A DNA stretch of 63,635 nucleotides from Candidatus Muiribacteriota bacterium (GCA_030633305.1 DAOVTB010000003.1:1-63635); one strand, 5' to 3'; shown: positions 38,571 through 49,086, numbered from the stretch's first letter. Made by a program: numbers and translations. Notes: generated by a model from the letters alone, not told the origin.

Positions 38571-39338
38571 TTATTTTGAATTCCGATTTGCATCATACTT
38601 CATTCGTAGATAAATGTAATAGAGCATTCGCTGTAAAGTTTTAAAACTGGACGAAGCATGTGAATGGAAGATCTCGGAATTTCCCACATAAGCAATTGCA
38701 TATCCTTGTCCTTGTATATCTTTTGCCCAGGCATAATCTTCCATTTCATAAAGTGTTTCATCAAACGGAATTTGCAAAGCCAGGTCCTTGCGAAAGGCTG
38801 AGCAGGCGTTTGAAAATATATGATCATTATAGCGTAGTGTTGTTGAACGAGAACGATATCGCCACCATAATCGAAACTGCTCAATCCAGGAAAGTGACAT
38901 TCCTGGCCGGATTATCTGACGGCTGAATGTTCCCGCAACCTCAGTATTGGAAAGTGGAGAAACCAGATTTTGTAGGCATGTTGCGTTTGCCGGTGTTGCA
39001 TCTCCGCTGAGGCTGACAATGATGTCTCCTTTTGAGTGTTGAATGCCAAGATTCAGAGCCTTTGGATAGGTAAAGTTTTTTTGCTCTAAAGGAATACGTT
39101 TGATTTCAACTTTACTACCAGCTGGATGATTTTGTATTACTTCAGCAATACCGTTTCCCAAACTGGAATCAACAACAATGATTTCAATGGGCAGAAGAGA
39201 TTGCTCTTCAAGAGATTTCAATGTTATTGCAAGATATTCTTTTAGAGTGGAAATGGACTTGTCGTTATTTGGGGTTATACTATCATCATATGTTTTGATA
39301 ACGATAGATACGGATGGACGAAATGAATCTGTAGCCAT
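38571..39338 (-). CDS. family 2 glycosyltransferase
   Basis: VSIVIKTYDD..VVDSSLGNG..SGDA motifs. Confidence 0.75.
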   Translation of the reverse strand: MATDSFRPSVSIVIKTYDDSITPNNDKSISTLKEYLAITLKSLEEQSLLPIEIIVVDSSLGNGIAEVIQNHPAGSKVEIKRIPLEQKNFTYPKALNLGIQHSKGDIIVSLSGDATPANATCLQNLVSPLSNTEVAGTFSRQIIRPGMSLSWIEQFRLWWRYRSRSTTLRYNDHIFSNACSAFRKDLALQIPFDETLYEMEDYAWAKDIQGQGYAIAYVGNSEIFHSHASSSFKTLQRMLYYIYLRMKYDANRNSK

Positions 39339-39503
39339 ACTATATTTCCTTCAGTATAAATTATCATGTATGGATAATAGTTGCAAGAAATATGGTGTTC
39401 TTTCACAGTGGAAAATAATCCTAAATAAAGGTTTATTAATTACTCCATTTCGCGTTATTATAAATAGTAACTATTATATTATAAGTCAGGGAGAGAACCT
39501 AGT

Positions 39504-40313
39504 ATGAAAAAATTAGTTTTAGTTTTAATTGTTGCTTTGTTTCTTGTGCCGGGAATATATTGCAGTAATGATTTGACTTCAGGATTTCATGAAGTTATCG
39601 GGCAGTACTGGAAAATACAGGAGTTAAGATTCAATAATTCAAATGTTGATACAGAGAAGAAACTTGTTGAAGCGATTGATAAATATCATAATCTTATAAA
39701 TGGATTTACTGAGAATGTAATAATTGATAAGTTTGGTGATAGTAAGGGATTAGATCTCTTTAGAGAGCTTTATGATACGTGTTCGGAATATTCAAAACCA
39801 GCTTTTGATTCAGTGATTAAAAAACTCAATGAAAAAATCCTTGTTGCTAATCTTCAGGGAAGCAAAGTCAAAATGCTTGAAACCGATATTGATCCAAATA
39901 GAGTTGAATATATATACAGACTTGGAAAAGAACTTGAACGAGAATTGATAAAAGCACAGTGGATTATTGAAAGACAGACTTATTTTGAAAACGTAGAGGT
40001 TACTATGGTAGTTGATAGCGAACTTACTAAACCTTTGAAACTTTTATATCCTGCGATTTTTCTTCTTAAACTTGGCTCCTGGTTGATAAATGGAGATTTA
40101 TATTACTGTTTTAAAACTACATTTATTACAAAGCATAAACTGTTTTTTAGAACAGTTAAGAAAATTGCAGAAAACAAGGTATGGTTTGAACTATTTCGCG
40201 CTAAAAAAACATGGTTTACATCTCCGAAATGGGAGCTTTATGGAAAGACATATAAAGTTATTATTGAACCAACCGGTGAAGAATTAGCTCGAGAGATGAA
40301 AGTTCTAGACTGA
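39504..40313 (+). CDS. hypothetical exported protein
   Basis: Signal peptide MKKLVLVLIVALFLVPGIYC; GGGAGAG RBS; no family recognised. Confidence 0.45.
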   Translation: MKKLVLVLIVALFLVPGIYCSNDLTSGFHEVIGQYWKIQELRFNNSNVDTEKKLVEAIDKYHNLINGFTENVIIDKFGDSKGLDLFRELYDTCSEYSKPAFDSVIKKLNEKILVANLQGSKVKMLETDIDPNRVEYIYRLGKELERELIKAQWIIERQTYFENVEVTMVVDSELTKPLKLLYPAIFLLKLGSWLINGDLYYCFKTTFITKHKLFFRTVKKIAENKVWFELFRAKKTWFTSPKWELYGKTYKVIIEPTGEELAREMKVLD

Positions 40314-41203
40314 TGGATATTAAAACAAGTATTTTTCAAAAAGCTTTTGAGACGGGACTTCTAGATGAAAATCCAGTAATAACAAGAAGGATAAAATCTC
40401 TTACAGAGTTTTTTTCAGAACAGTATTCTTTTTTTTCTCCACTCGATGCGGAAGTTATTCCTTTTTTTGGAGAACGCAGAAGACATCTGACTTGTAAGCG
40501 GAAATCAATTTTTATCAGACCTAGTTTTTCTGATCCAATATATACGATCTTGTTTATCGAATTCATTTCTAATCTATGTGGTGAAGAAATTGTTATTGTA
40601 AAATCAGTGAGAAATTTGAAATGGGTTGAATTAATGGAACAGAACGTAACTTTCAGGATGAAGTATAAGTTTGCGGATTCGTTGAATCCTGTAGATGGTA
40701 ATGAAGTGATTTATTTATTGGATCAATTGCAGGATAATGAACTTATGCTGAAAAATTGTTATGTAGAGAGTCTTGATAAGATAATTATAACGGACGCTGA
40801 AATGTTTCAGCGTGAAAGTAAAGTCCTTGGTACTTTTCTTTCTGAAAGAATAACAATTACGAATGATCTTGGTGATTGTACCCGGAATTCAATAGTATTT
40901 TCGACAAGTGGTGAAAAAGTACCTGACGTAAAATATGTTTTTTTGCATACCTCACCACTTGAAATATTTGTGGAATATCCTGAGTTATTACCAAAATTGT
41001 TTGAAGGCTTCGTTGCGAAAATGCTTTTTAATGAAGTCGTAGTTGTTGATAAAGTTTACTCGTTGAAAGAAAGTAAGAAATCATTTCTCGATTCAATGCC
41101 TGCTTCTAAAGGTAAGGTGAAAAAGTTGTTCAACAAGGTAAATCGGGAAGTCAATGAGAAGGAAATTGAGAAATTATTTTTAAATAAATTGAATGAACAG
41201 TGA
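40313..41203 (+). CDS. hypothetical protein
   Basis: 296-aa ORF; start overlaps the upstream stop (TGATG); no recognised motifs. Confidence 0.45.
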   Translation: MDIKTSIFQKAFETGLLDENPVITRRIKSLTEFFSEQYSFFSPLDAEVIPFFGERRRHLTCKRKSIFIRPSFSDPIYTILFIEFISNLCGEEIVIVKSVRNLKWVELMEQNVTFRMKYKFADSLNPVDGNEVIYLLDQLQDNELMLKNCYVESLDKIIITDAEMFQRESKVLGTFLSERITITNDLGDCTRNSIVFSTSGEKVPDVKYVFLHTSPLEIFVEYPELLPKLFEGFVAKMLFNEVVVVDKVYSLKESKKSFLDSMPASKGKVKKLFNKVNREVNEKEIEKLFLNKLNEQ

Positions 41204-41216
41204 TTCGGAGAAAATT

Positions 41217-41696
41217 ATGGGAAAAAAAGTAATAACTGAAAAAGATGTAATGATGATACCCCAGAATGGTTCCTTGAGGATTGAGGGTGATTATTTATTG
41301 ACTCCTGCGGCAAAGGATATTATTCATAGCAGGGGTGTAAGGATTGAAGAGATAACTGATGTTGCAGAAGATTTACTTTTTGATACATCTGTAGAGGAAG
41401 AATATGATATTTTTCCTGAAAATAGTTCCAGGATTGTGATAAGTATTTTTGGAGTCGATAATCCAGGAGTTATCGCTTCATTTTCACAGGCACTCGCAGA
41501 GGAAAACATATCTATACATGATGTGTCTCAAAGGATACTTGGAAAACTATTTACACTGTTTATGGTTGTTAATCTGGGAGAGAGAGCTAAAGAGTATGCT
41601 TCAATAAAGAAAAAACTTATTTCTCTTGCTGGCGAATTGAAAGTAAAAATCTATATTCAGCATGAATCTATATTTCAATACATGCACAGAATATAA
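41217..41696 (+). CDS. ACT domain protein (UPF0237 family) with ~75-aa N-terminal extension
   Basis: C-terminal 90 aa RIVISIFGVDNPGVIASFSQALAEENISIHDVSQ...IFQYMHRI match the UPF0237 ACT pattern; ATG at 41217 after GGAG. Confidence 0.75.
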   Translation: MGKKVITEKDVMMIPQNGSLRIEGDYLLTPAAKDIIHSRGVRIEEITDVAEDLLFDTSVEEEYDIFPENSSRIVISIFGVDNPGVIASFSQALAEENISIHDVSQRILGKLFTLFMVVNLGERAKEYASIKKKLISLAGELKVKIYIQHESIFQYMHRI

Positions 41697-41703
41697 CCCA
41701 ATT

Positions 41704-41753
41704 ATTTCACGAGCGAACTTTGAATTTTTTAGTTAAATTTCATCTCGTGAAAT
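41704..41753 (+). other. 10-bp hairpin after the ACT gene
   Basis: ATTTCACGAG ...30 nt... CTCGTGAAAT; not followed by a T-run. Confidence 0.4.
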
Positions 41754-41802
41754 CATCAGTAAGAGGAATGAACTAATAAAGATGAATAAAGAAAAAATAT
41801 TA

Positions 41803-41898
41803 GCCACTGACAGACACGGATTGAACATGGAAATGGAAAAAATAGAATTCAAATCTTTTGTTTTTTTTATCTGCGTTTTATCTGTGTGAATCTGTGGC
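41803..41898. repeat. inverted pair of CAC-word tracts upstream of trpS
   Basis: GCCACTGACAGACACGGATTGAAC (plus strand) and, on the minus strand, GCCACAGATTCACACAGATAAAACGCAGATAA. Confidence 0.6.
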
Positions 41899-41919
41899 AA
41901 AAATAATGAGGTTATATAG

Positions 41920-42891
41920 ATGAAAAGACTATTTAGTGGCATTCAGCCAAGTGGTACAATCCATATAGGGAATTATTTTGGTGCCATATCAAACTGGATC
42001 AAACTTTTAGGTAAATATGATTGCATATTCTGTATCGTGGATTATCATGCAATTACGATACCTTATGATAAAGACATGATGCAGCAGCGGATTTTTGAAG
42101 CTGCAGTTGATAACATTTCAGCTGGATTGGATCCAGAAAAGTGTAAAATCTTTGTTCAGTCACATGTACCTGAACATACTGAACTGGCATGGATCCTTAG
42201 CTGTTTTTCCAGAATGGGTGAACTTTCAAGAATGACTCAGTTCAAGCAAAAATCAGAACAGCATAAAGCCCATGCCAATTGTGGACTTTACACTTACCCG
42301 GTTTTACAGACTGCAGATATTGCAATTTATAAAGGTGAAGTTGTTCCGGTTGGAGAAGATCAGGTGCAACATATTGAACTCGCACGTGAGATCGTTCGTA
42401 ACTTTAATACTGCCTTTGGTGATATTCTTCCAGAGCCAGCTGAACTTCTTTCGCCAACTCCTAGAATAATGGGATTAGATGGTGATAACAAGATGAGTAA
42501 AAGCATGAATAACCATATATCACTTACTGAAACTGATGAAGAATTATGGAAAAAACTTGCTCCTGCAAAAACAGATACAAACAGGCAGCGTTTAAAAGAT
42601 CCAGGAGATCCTGCTAAATGCAATATGTTTTCATACCATAAACTTGTTTCAAGTGATGACGAATTAAAGCAGGTAACGGAAGGATGTACAACCGCAGGAA
42701 TTGGTTGTTTTGATTGTAAGAAAATATTGTGTAAGAATTTTTCTGAATTGATTAGACCTATTCGTGATAAAAAAGAAAAATTGATGAAGGATAGAGATTA
42801 TGTACTGAACGTTTTAAACGATGGTGCAGAGAGTTGTAGAAAGATAGCAAAAGAAACAATGAATGAAGTTAAAAAGGCAATGGGATTATAA
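41920..42891 (+). CDS. trpS: tryptophan--tRNA ligase
   Basis: [16 protein letters not shown] (HIGH-type), [15 protein letters not shown]. Confidence 0.92.
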   Translation: MKRLFSGIQPSGTIHIGNYFGAISNWIKLLGKYDCIFCIVDYHAITIPYDKDMMQQRIFEAAVDNISAGLDPEKCKIFVQSHVPEHTELAWILSCFSRMGELSRMTQFKQKSEQHKAHANCGLYTYPVLQTADIAIYKGEVVPVGEDQVQHIELAREIVRNFNTAFGDILPEPAELLSPTPRIMGLDGDNKMSKSMNNHISLTETDEELWKKLAPAKTDTNRQRLKDPGDPAKCNMFSYHKLVSSDDELKQVTEGCTTAGIGCFDCKKILCKNFSELIRPIRDKKEKLMKDRDYVLNVLNDGAESCRKIAKETMNEVKKAMGL

Positions 42892-42893
42892 TT

Positions 42894-44252
42894 ATGTTTA
42901 CAATGGATGAAATTTTTCAGACGATACGTATGATTGAATTGGAACATTTTGATATAAGGACTGTAACTCTCGGACTTAGTCTGCGAGACTGCATAAATCC
43001 TGATGTCAATAAGATGAAGAAAAATATTTACAAGAAGATAACCACTTTTGCTTCAAATCAGATAAAGATTGCAACTGAAATTGAAGAAGAACTTGGAATC
43101 CCTATTGTTAACAAGAGGATTTCAATTACTCCTGCAGCGCTTCTGGTTGATACATTACCAGCTGACCGCGTGCATGAAATTGCATTGATACTTGATAAAT
43201 GTGCTAAAACAGTTGGTGTTGATTTTATTGGTGGATATAGCGCACTTGTGCACAAAGGATTTACAAGAGGTGATATGAATCTGATAGAGTCAATTCCAAG
43301 GGCTTTAAGCGAAACCGATCGTGTGTGCAGCAGTGTAAATGTTGGAACTACAAAAGCAGGTTTGAACATGGATGCGGTATACATGATTGCTGAAACGATA
43401 AAAAAACTTGCTGAAGCGACTGCCAGTACTGATGCTCTTGGTTGTGCAAAGTTTGTTGTATTTGCAAATGCTGTTGAAGATAATCCGTTTATGGCCGGCG
43501 CAATGCACGGAATTGGTGAACCTGAAGCCGTATTGAATCTTGGTATTTCAGGACCAGGTGTTGTAGCTAGCGTAGTAAAACAGCATCCAGACATTCCACT
43601 AGGGCAGTTGATGGAAGAAATCAAGAAAGTTGTATTCAAGATCACCCGCGTTGGAGAGTTGATTGGGCGAGAAGTTGCAAGAAGAATGGAAATTCCGTTT
43701 GGAATAATCGATCTCTCACTTGCTCCGACTCCTGTACCTGGAGATTCTGTAGCAGATATTCTTGAAGGCATGGGATTAGAAAGAACTGGAGCACCTGGTA
43801 CAACTGCAGCGCTTGCAATGTTAACAGATGCGGTCAAAAAAGGTGGTGCAATGGCTTCATCTTATGTTGGTGGTATGAGTGGAGCATTTATTCCAGTCAG
43901 TGAAGACCAGGGAATGATAGATGCTGTTAAAGAAGGTGCTTTAACTATTGAAAAGCTTGAAGCGATGACTGCGGTATGTTCTGTTGGCCTTGATATGATA
44001 GCAGTCCCTGGAGATACTTCAGCTGAAACAATTGCTGGAATAATTGCTGATGAATGTGCGATTGGAATTGTGAACAGGAAAACAACTGCAGTAAGAATAA
44101 TCCCGGTTCCTGGAAAAAAAGTAGGCGATTTCGTTGAATTTGGTGGATTGCTTGGAAGCGCTCCGATTATGGCTGTAAACAAATTTTCATGTGAAAAATT
44201 CATTAAACGTGGGGGAAGATTTCCAGCTCCGATCCAGAGCTTGAGAAATTAG
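42894..44252 (+). CDS. UPF0210/DUF711 (PFL-like) family protein
   Basis: [21 protein letters not shown]-terminus and ~450-aa length typical of UPF0210; starts 2 nt after the trpS stop. Confidence 0.85.
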   Translation: MFTMDEIFQTIRMIELEHFDIRTVTLGLSLRDCINPDVNKMKKNIYKKITTFASNQIKIATEIEEELGIPIVNKRISITPAALLVDTLPADRVHEIALILDKCAKTVGVDFIGGYSALVHKGFTRGDMNLIESIPRALSETDRVCSSVNVGTTKAGLNMDAVYMIAETIKKLAEATASTDALGCAKFVVFANAVEDNPFMAGAMHGIGEPEAVLNLGISGPGVVASVVKQHPDIPLGQLMEEIKKVVFKITRVGELIGREVARRMEIPFGIIDLSLAPTPVPGDSVADILEGMGLERTGAPGTTAALAMLTDAVKKGGAMASSYVGGMSGAFIPVSEDQGMIDAVKEGALTIEKLEAMTAVCSVGLDMIAVPGDTSAETIAGIIADECAIGIVNRKTTAVRIIPVPGKKVGDFVEFGGLLGSAPIMAVNKFSCEKFIKRGGRFPAPIQSLRN

Positions 44253-44255
44253 AAT

Positions 44256-44867
44256 ATGACTGAACAATTGTTTAACGAACTTTGCAAGCTTGGAAATGAG
44301 GCAGATTCAGCATACAACAAAGGAAACCTGTCACCTGCATTTGAAAATTATAATCAGATACTTGGAACCATGCTTGAAATTGGTGACATTGATTCGTTTC
44401 TAGTTAGTAAAGGAACGCTAGGCATCTTACTTTCGTTTATTATGGCAAAACAGCTCAAAGAAGCTAATCAAATATGGACTACTGATCAGGATTCACTTTA
44501 CTGGATTGGAATCGACGGATTGGAAAATGGCCAGGTGTCAATTAATGACACTATTTTATATATGCAGGTCTGTGCTTATCTTAATGCTCATTCTGAGGGG
44601 AAATCTGAAAAAAGAGCTGATAAGGTATCAAGTCTTTACTATAGAATCTGCCAGTTTACTGATCATGTATTTGCGGATAAAAAAGCTGTCATGATAACCA
44701 ATTGGTTCCTTTTGTTGAAAGGAATTTTTCCCGAAAAAATTCCAGAAAAATATAATGATATGATTGATTCTATAGAGTGTGATGATGTCTCAGAAAGTGA
44801 ATGCGTAGTATTTTTGGAACCCTCCAAATGGGTGATAACCTGGGATGCACCCGAATCAGATAAATAA
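44256..44867 (+). CDS. hypothetical protein
   Basis: 203-aa ORF 3 nt after the upstream stop; no recognised motifs. Confidence 0.45.
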   Translation: MTEQLFNELCKLGNEADSAYNKGNLSPAFENYNQILGTMLEIGDIDSFLVSKGTLGILLSFIMAKQLKEANQIWTTDQDSLYWIGIDGLENGQVSINDTILYMQVCAYLNAHSEGKSEKRADKVSSLYYRICQFTDHVFADKKAVMITNWFLLLKGIFPEKIPEKYNDMIDSIECDDVSESECVVFLEPSKWVITWDAPESDK

Positions 44868-44895
44868 GTATTAAAAAATTATAAGGCGGTTAAGT

Positions 44896-47800
44896 ATGAA
44901 ATTTTCATTTATTTTATTTGTATTGGTTTTGTTCATTTTTTCAATTGGACATTCTTTTCCTGTAACTCTTATTAAACATGATAATACTGAGATAAAAGGA
45001 AATTTGTTAAAAAGTGATGACGTCAATATTATTAAGCTTGATTCAGGTAAATTCAAAAAAAATGACATTAAAAGGATTAGATTTGAAAAAAAATCAGTTA
45101 AACCTGAGAAAAAAAATACTGATGTTGTTTCTTCAATTTCAAAAAAAGATATTATAGCTCGTGCCCAAAAGATGAAAAAAATGTTTCCTGATGCAGGTTA
45201 TATAACGCTTGTTGATCATGCTGTAAATGAATATATAGATGAAAAAAACAGCATATCCACTTATCATGGAGCATATATAATAATGAAGGATGATTTCAAG
45301 CAGCTTGCCCGACTTGGAGCATGGATTGATGAGTCTAAAATGTCTTACAGGATTATCTATGGTCGAATAATTTATCCAGATGGAACTGAATTTTATATGA
45401 ACCCGAAAGATCTTGTGAAAAGTGTTCCTAAAGATAAAGGAGCGGCTTTTTTCTCTTCTCGGGGAGCAGTTCTTTATTATAATTTTCCAAAAGCCAGTGC
45501 TGGTTGTATAGTTGAGTATAAACATGAATACAAGAAGTTTTTGCCTACAATCAACAATCTTTTTGAAAGCAGGTTTACATTTAATGGTGAACAGCCTGTT
45601 GAATCATCAGTACTTGAAGTAATTATGCCTCAGGATAAAAAACTTTATTGGGCAGAAAGAAACATGACTGATAAGGAAAAAACTCCAAAAATAGCTACTA
45701 ATAAAGGAAAAACAACTTATTTGTGGGACTTTGGAATCCAGAAGGCATTGATCAAAGAACCAAGTATGCCGGATCTTGGTGATGTCTGTAAGGTTATGTA
45801 CTATTCAAACCAGGAAAGCATGGAATTCATTTTCAAATGGCATCGAGGTGTTCTTGCAAAAAATATGGTAGTTACACCGCTGATAACCAAAACTGTAAAT
45901 GAAATTTTAGAAGGTGTTAAGGATGATCCTGTTGAAATAGTTAGACATTTATATCATTACATGCAGCGTGAGATTAGATATGTTTCAATAAAATCAGGTT
46001 CTATGTCAGGACTTGCAGGACATTTTGCAGAAGAAACGTTGCAAAACAAGTTTGGAGATTGTGTTGATAAAGGTGTTTTGTTTTCAACTATGTTGAAAGT
46101 GAAGAATATTGAGTCATATCCTATTATCATAAATACAAATCCAAAAGAAGAAATGGAATCAAGGGTTGCGACCATAAATGGAAATCATTGTATAAGCCAG
46201 GTTGTTCTGAACGGAAAGAAAATGCTTCTGGATACAACAAGTACAAACCATTCATTTCCATATTTCAGATTTGATGATCATGGAGTTCCTGTTTATAATT
46301 CCATAAAGGGGGAAGTATTCAGGTCGGAAGTTCCTCCGCCAGAAGATAATCTGTCAAAATATACAAGAAATATAACAATTGATCCCAATGGAAAATTTAC
46401 TGTAGATTTTAAAGGTGAATATAATGGGAACCGCGCTTCAGGTTTAAGAGGTTATTACAAAACTGTTCCTGATAAGGATCTTAAGAAAGTCTTTGAGGGT
46501 ATGGTAAAGAGGACTGCTCCGGATGCAAAACTTCTGGATTATGCTGTAAATAATAAAGCAGATCTGTTTAAAGACATATCGATTGAATATTCATATACAT
46601 CAAAGGAATTCCTTAAAAAAGCTGGAAATTTGTTAATCATGAAAAATCTATGTCCGCTTCCTTTTCGCTTTAATGAACTCTCACTTAAAAAGAGAAAATA
46701 TGACATTGAATATTATACTACTCTCAGACGGACACATATCAATACGTTCAAATTTGCTTCAAATTACAGCTTCACTTATGTTCCTGAACCAATTGAAATC
46801 AAGAACAAATATGTTTATTACAAGGCTGAATATGATGTAAAAGGAAAGACCCTTGCTTTTAAAGAAACATATGATTTGAAAAAGAGGATAGTGAAAAAAG
46901 AAGATTATGATCTGTATAAATCAGATATTCTAAAAATACTTGATTACCAGAAAAAAAATGTGATTCTCAGTCGTGGAAAACCTAAAAATTATGCTGATTT
47001 ATTGATACTGAAAAAAGGTGATGAGCTCGATGGAGAAATACTTGGAATATCAAACAATATTATTAAATTTGAGAAGAAAACCGGTGAAGTCCTGGAATTA
47101 AAGTATTCAGATATCCTTAGTATTGAATTGGCTAAAACAGGCGGGAAAGCAATAAACCTGTCACTAGATGAAATTATGGATGAAGATCTTGAAAAAGCCC
47201 TTTTGGCAAAGTCATCACTTAAAGAATTCCCTGGTTCTCTTAAAGTGATACTTCTCGATAAGCATTATTATAAAGACAATAGAGATGGTACGTTTACATA
47301 TACTTCCAGAATAATAACTAGAATTCTGAGTGAAAAAGGAAAAAATGCTGGATTTGATAATTGGAATATTGATCCTGTTAATGAAAAATTTAATATTGAC
47401 CATGCATACACTATTAATGGAAATGAAGTAACGAGTCTTTCATCAAGAACGATAAAAACTGCTTTAGCTTTCTCCGCTTTTCCGGAATACCAGCGTATGA
47501 AGAATACGAAATTTGCAATGCCAAAGATAAAAGTAGGGTCTGTTCTGGACTATCAGGTCTCAAGAATTATTAAGATGGATCCATTGCAGCATCCATTTTC
47601 TGTTGGTATAAGTCGGGGCTCAGCTGGAGATACAGCAAGTCTTGATGCTGGTCATAACAGTTCATGGAATAGTCCGCCTTGTGGATTTTACTCTGTAGTT
47701 GGAATTGTTAGAAAAGAACTTGTTTTTGAAGTACCAAAAAAATTCAAATACTCAAAATTGATACTGAATAATGAAAAAAATGTGATAATTGAAAAGAAAA

Positions 47801-49086
47801 CAGTTAGAAAAGATTCTATCGTTTACAGATTTGTTAATTCTGTTCCAATGGCTGCCAAGGTTAAAGAATATAAACAAACTGCAATAAGCGATTTCTGGCC
47901 GATAGTGCTCTTTTCAAAAAAATACACAGAAAAAAAACTGTATAAAAAATTAAAAAAGACTTTTGTACTGAAAAGTAAAGACAAGTCTGCTGCGTTAAAA
48001 CAACTCAAAGAACTTGAAAAGAAAATAGGCGTTCCTGATATTGCTGATATCTATGAGTTTGTTGCAAAAAACATTTATCATGTCCCCGTTGGAATAAAAG
48101 ATTACAAGTTTAAACCGAAACCAATCGCTGAAATTCTGAAAAACAAAAAAGCCAGTATTCTTGATACAGCCTGGTTGCTATATGCACTCCTTAAAGCAGG
48201 TGGTTTTAAAGCCGAGCTTTGTTTAGTGCCAACGAGTTGGTTTTCAAAAAAGGTTTTTCCAAAATACAATACAATGAATTATTTTTCCAATCTGCTTGTT
48301 AGGGTTAAGCATAAAAAAGAAATTTTTTATATAAGTGCACTTGATTCATTGCTCGGGATGAAAGAAAGTGTTATCCCATTTGAAGGGCTTGAAGTTATAA
48401 GGATTGCTGCACACAAGTTTATTAAAGTGAATATCCCAAAATCTAATTTAAATGATTTTCATCAGAATATAGCTGGAAAAATAGATGAAAAAGGAAGTAT
48501 GAAAGTTTCTAATATGAATCTGATTCCAAAGGGACTTCAAGCAAAATCATTTAGAAATCTCAGGAAAATAAACAGTAAGAAATGGCCGATCATTGCTGCT
48601 AATGTTGTGAATTCCTATCATTCCAATGCCGTTCTTAAGAATTTCATGTTTAAAGATATAAATGATTTGAAAAAGACTCCGTCAGTTGAATTTTCTTTTG
48701 ATATTCCAAATTACTGTACTTCGGCGGGTGATCTGTTTTTTATGAAACTTATTGATATTAATCATGTTATGCCACCTGAAGTTGCTCCGATGAAGCGAAA
48801 AGAATCTGATATTGATCTTGGTCTTTCAATCGTGTCTGTAAAAGATTATAAAATTGAAATACCTGAAAATTTTTCAGTATTTTATTTACCGGAAGATATT
48901 AAGATTGAAGATGATAATTTGAAGTATAGTTGCACTACAAAACATAAAGGAAATTTAATTGTATTCAAAGAAGAATTCAAGATAAAAGAAACTGTGATTC
49001 CAATCGAAAAATATAGAGCCTATCAGAAATTCAGGAAGAAAATGGCAGATTTTTCAGAAGAATATATTATTTTTAAGAAAAAGTAA
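44896..49086 (+). CDS. large exported DUF3857/transglutaminase-like/DUF3858-type protein, two tandem modules
   Basis: Signal peptide; first module has a transglutaminase-core-like FGDCVDKGVLFSTMLK; second module has ASILDTAWLLYALLK at the aligned position (no Cys). Confidence 0.65.
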   Translation: MKFSFILFVLVLFIFSIGHSFPVTLIKHDNTEIKGNLLKSDDVNIIKLDSGKFKKNDIKRIRFEKKSVKPEKKNTDVVSSISKKDIIARAQKMKKMFPDAGYITLVDHAVNEYIDEKNSISTYHGAYIIMKDDFKQLARLGAWIDESKMSYRIIYGRIIYPDGTEFYMNPKDLVKSVPKDKGAAFFSSRGAVLYYNFPKASAGCIVEYKHEYKKFLPTINNLFESRFTFNGEQPVESSVLEVIMPQDKKLYWAERNMTDKEKTPKIATNKGKTTYLWDFGIQKALIKEPSMPDLGDVCKVMYYSNQESMEFIFKWHRGVLAKNMVVTPLITKTVNEILEGVKDDPVEIVRHLYHYMQREIRYVSIKSGSMSGLAGHFAEETLQNKFGDCVDKGVLFSTMLKVKNIESYPIIINTNPKEEMESRVATINGNHCISQVVLNGKKMLLDTTSTNHSFPYFRFDDHGVPVYNSIKGEVFRSEVPPPEDNLSKYTRNITIDPNGKFTVDFKGEYNGNRASGLRGYYKTVPDKDLKKVFEGMVKRTAPDAKLLDYAVNNKADLFKDISIEYSYTSKEFLKKAGNLLIMKNLCPLPFRFNELSLKKRKYDIEYYTTLRRTHINTFKFASNYSFTYVPEPIEIKNKYVYYKAEYDVKGKTLAFKETYDLKKRIVKKEDYDLYKSDILKILDYQKKNVILSRGKPKNYADLLILKKGDELDGEILGISNNIIKFEKKTGEVLELKYSDILSIELAKTGGKAINLSLDEIMDEDLEKALLAKSSLKEFPGSLKVILLDKHYYKDNRDGTFTYTSRIITRILSEKGKNAGFDNWNIDPVNEKFNIDHAYTINGNEVTSLSSRTIKTALAFSAFPEYQRMKNTKFAMPKIKVGSVLDYQVSRIIKMDPLQHPFSVGISRGSAGDTASLDAGHNSSWNSPPCGFYSVVGIVRKELVFEVPKKFKYSKLILNNEKNVIIEKKTVRKDSIVYRFVNSVPMAAKVKEYKQTAISDFWPIVLFSKKYTEKKLYKKLKKTFVLKSKDKSAALKQLKELEKKIGVPDIADIYEFVAKNIYHVPVGIKDYKFKPKPIAEILKNKKASILDTAWLLYALLKAGGFKAELCLVPTSWFSKKVFPKYNTMNYFSNLLVRVKHKKEIFYISALDSLLGMKESVIPFEGLEVIRIAAHKFIKVNIPKSNLNDFHQNIAGKIDEKGSMKVSNMNLIPKGLQAKSFRNLRKINSKKWPIIAANVVNSYHSNAVLKNFMFKDINDLKKTPSVEFSFDIPNYCTSAGDLFFMKLIDINHVMPPEVAPMKRKESDIDLGLSIVSVKDYKIEIPENFSVFYLPEDIKIEDDNLKYSCTTKHKGNLIVFKEEFKIKETVIPIEKYRAYQKFRKKMADFSEEYIIFKKK

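Noticed and set aside
41697-41919. T-box or other riboswitch leader for trpS
   Set aside because: The 223-nt leader has a 10-bp hairpin and CAC-word repeats. It has no T-box consensus (AANNNGGGTGGTACCGCG-like), no specifier-loop architecture and no terminator/antiterminator pair that I could trace.
43058-43837. Long antisense ORFs (259 aa opposite the UPF0210 gene; also 51732-52460 opposite the HEAT gene, 33098-33439, 8924-9214, 10755-11075)
   Set aside because: They lie opposite confidently identified genes, have low-complexity Ser/Ala/Ile-rich translations and no RBS. They are typical shadow ORFs.
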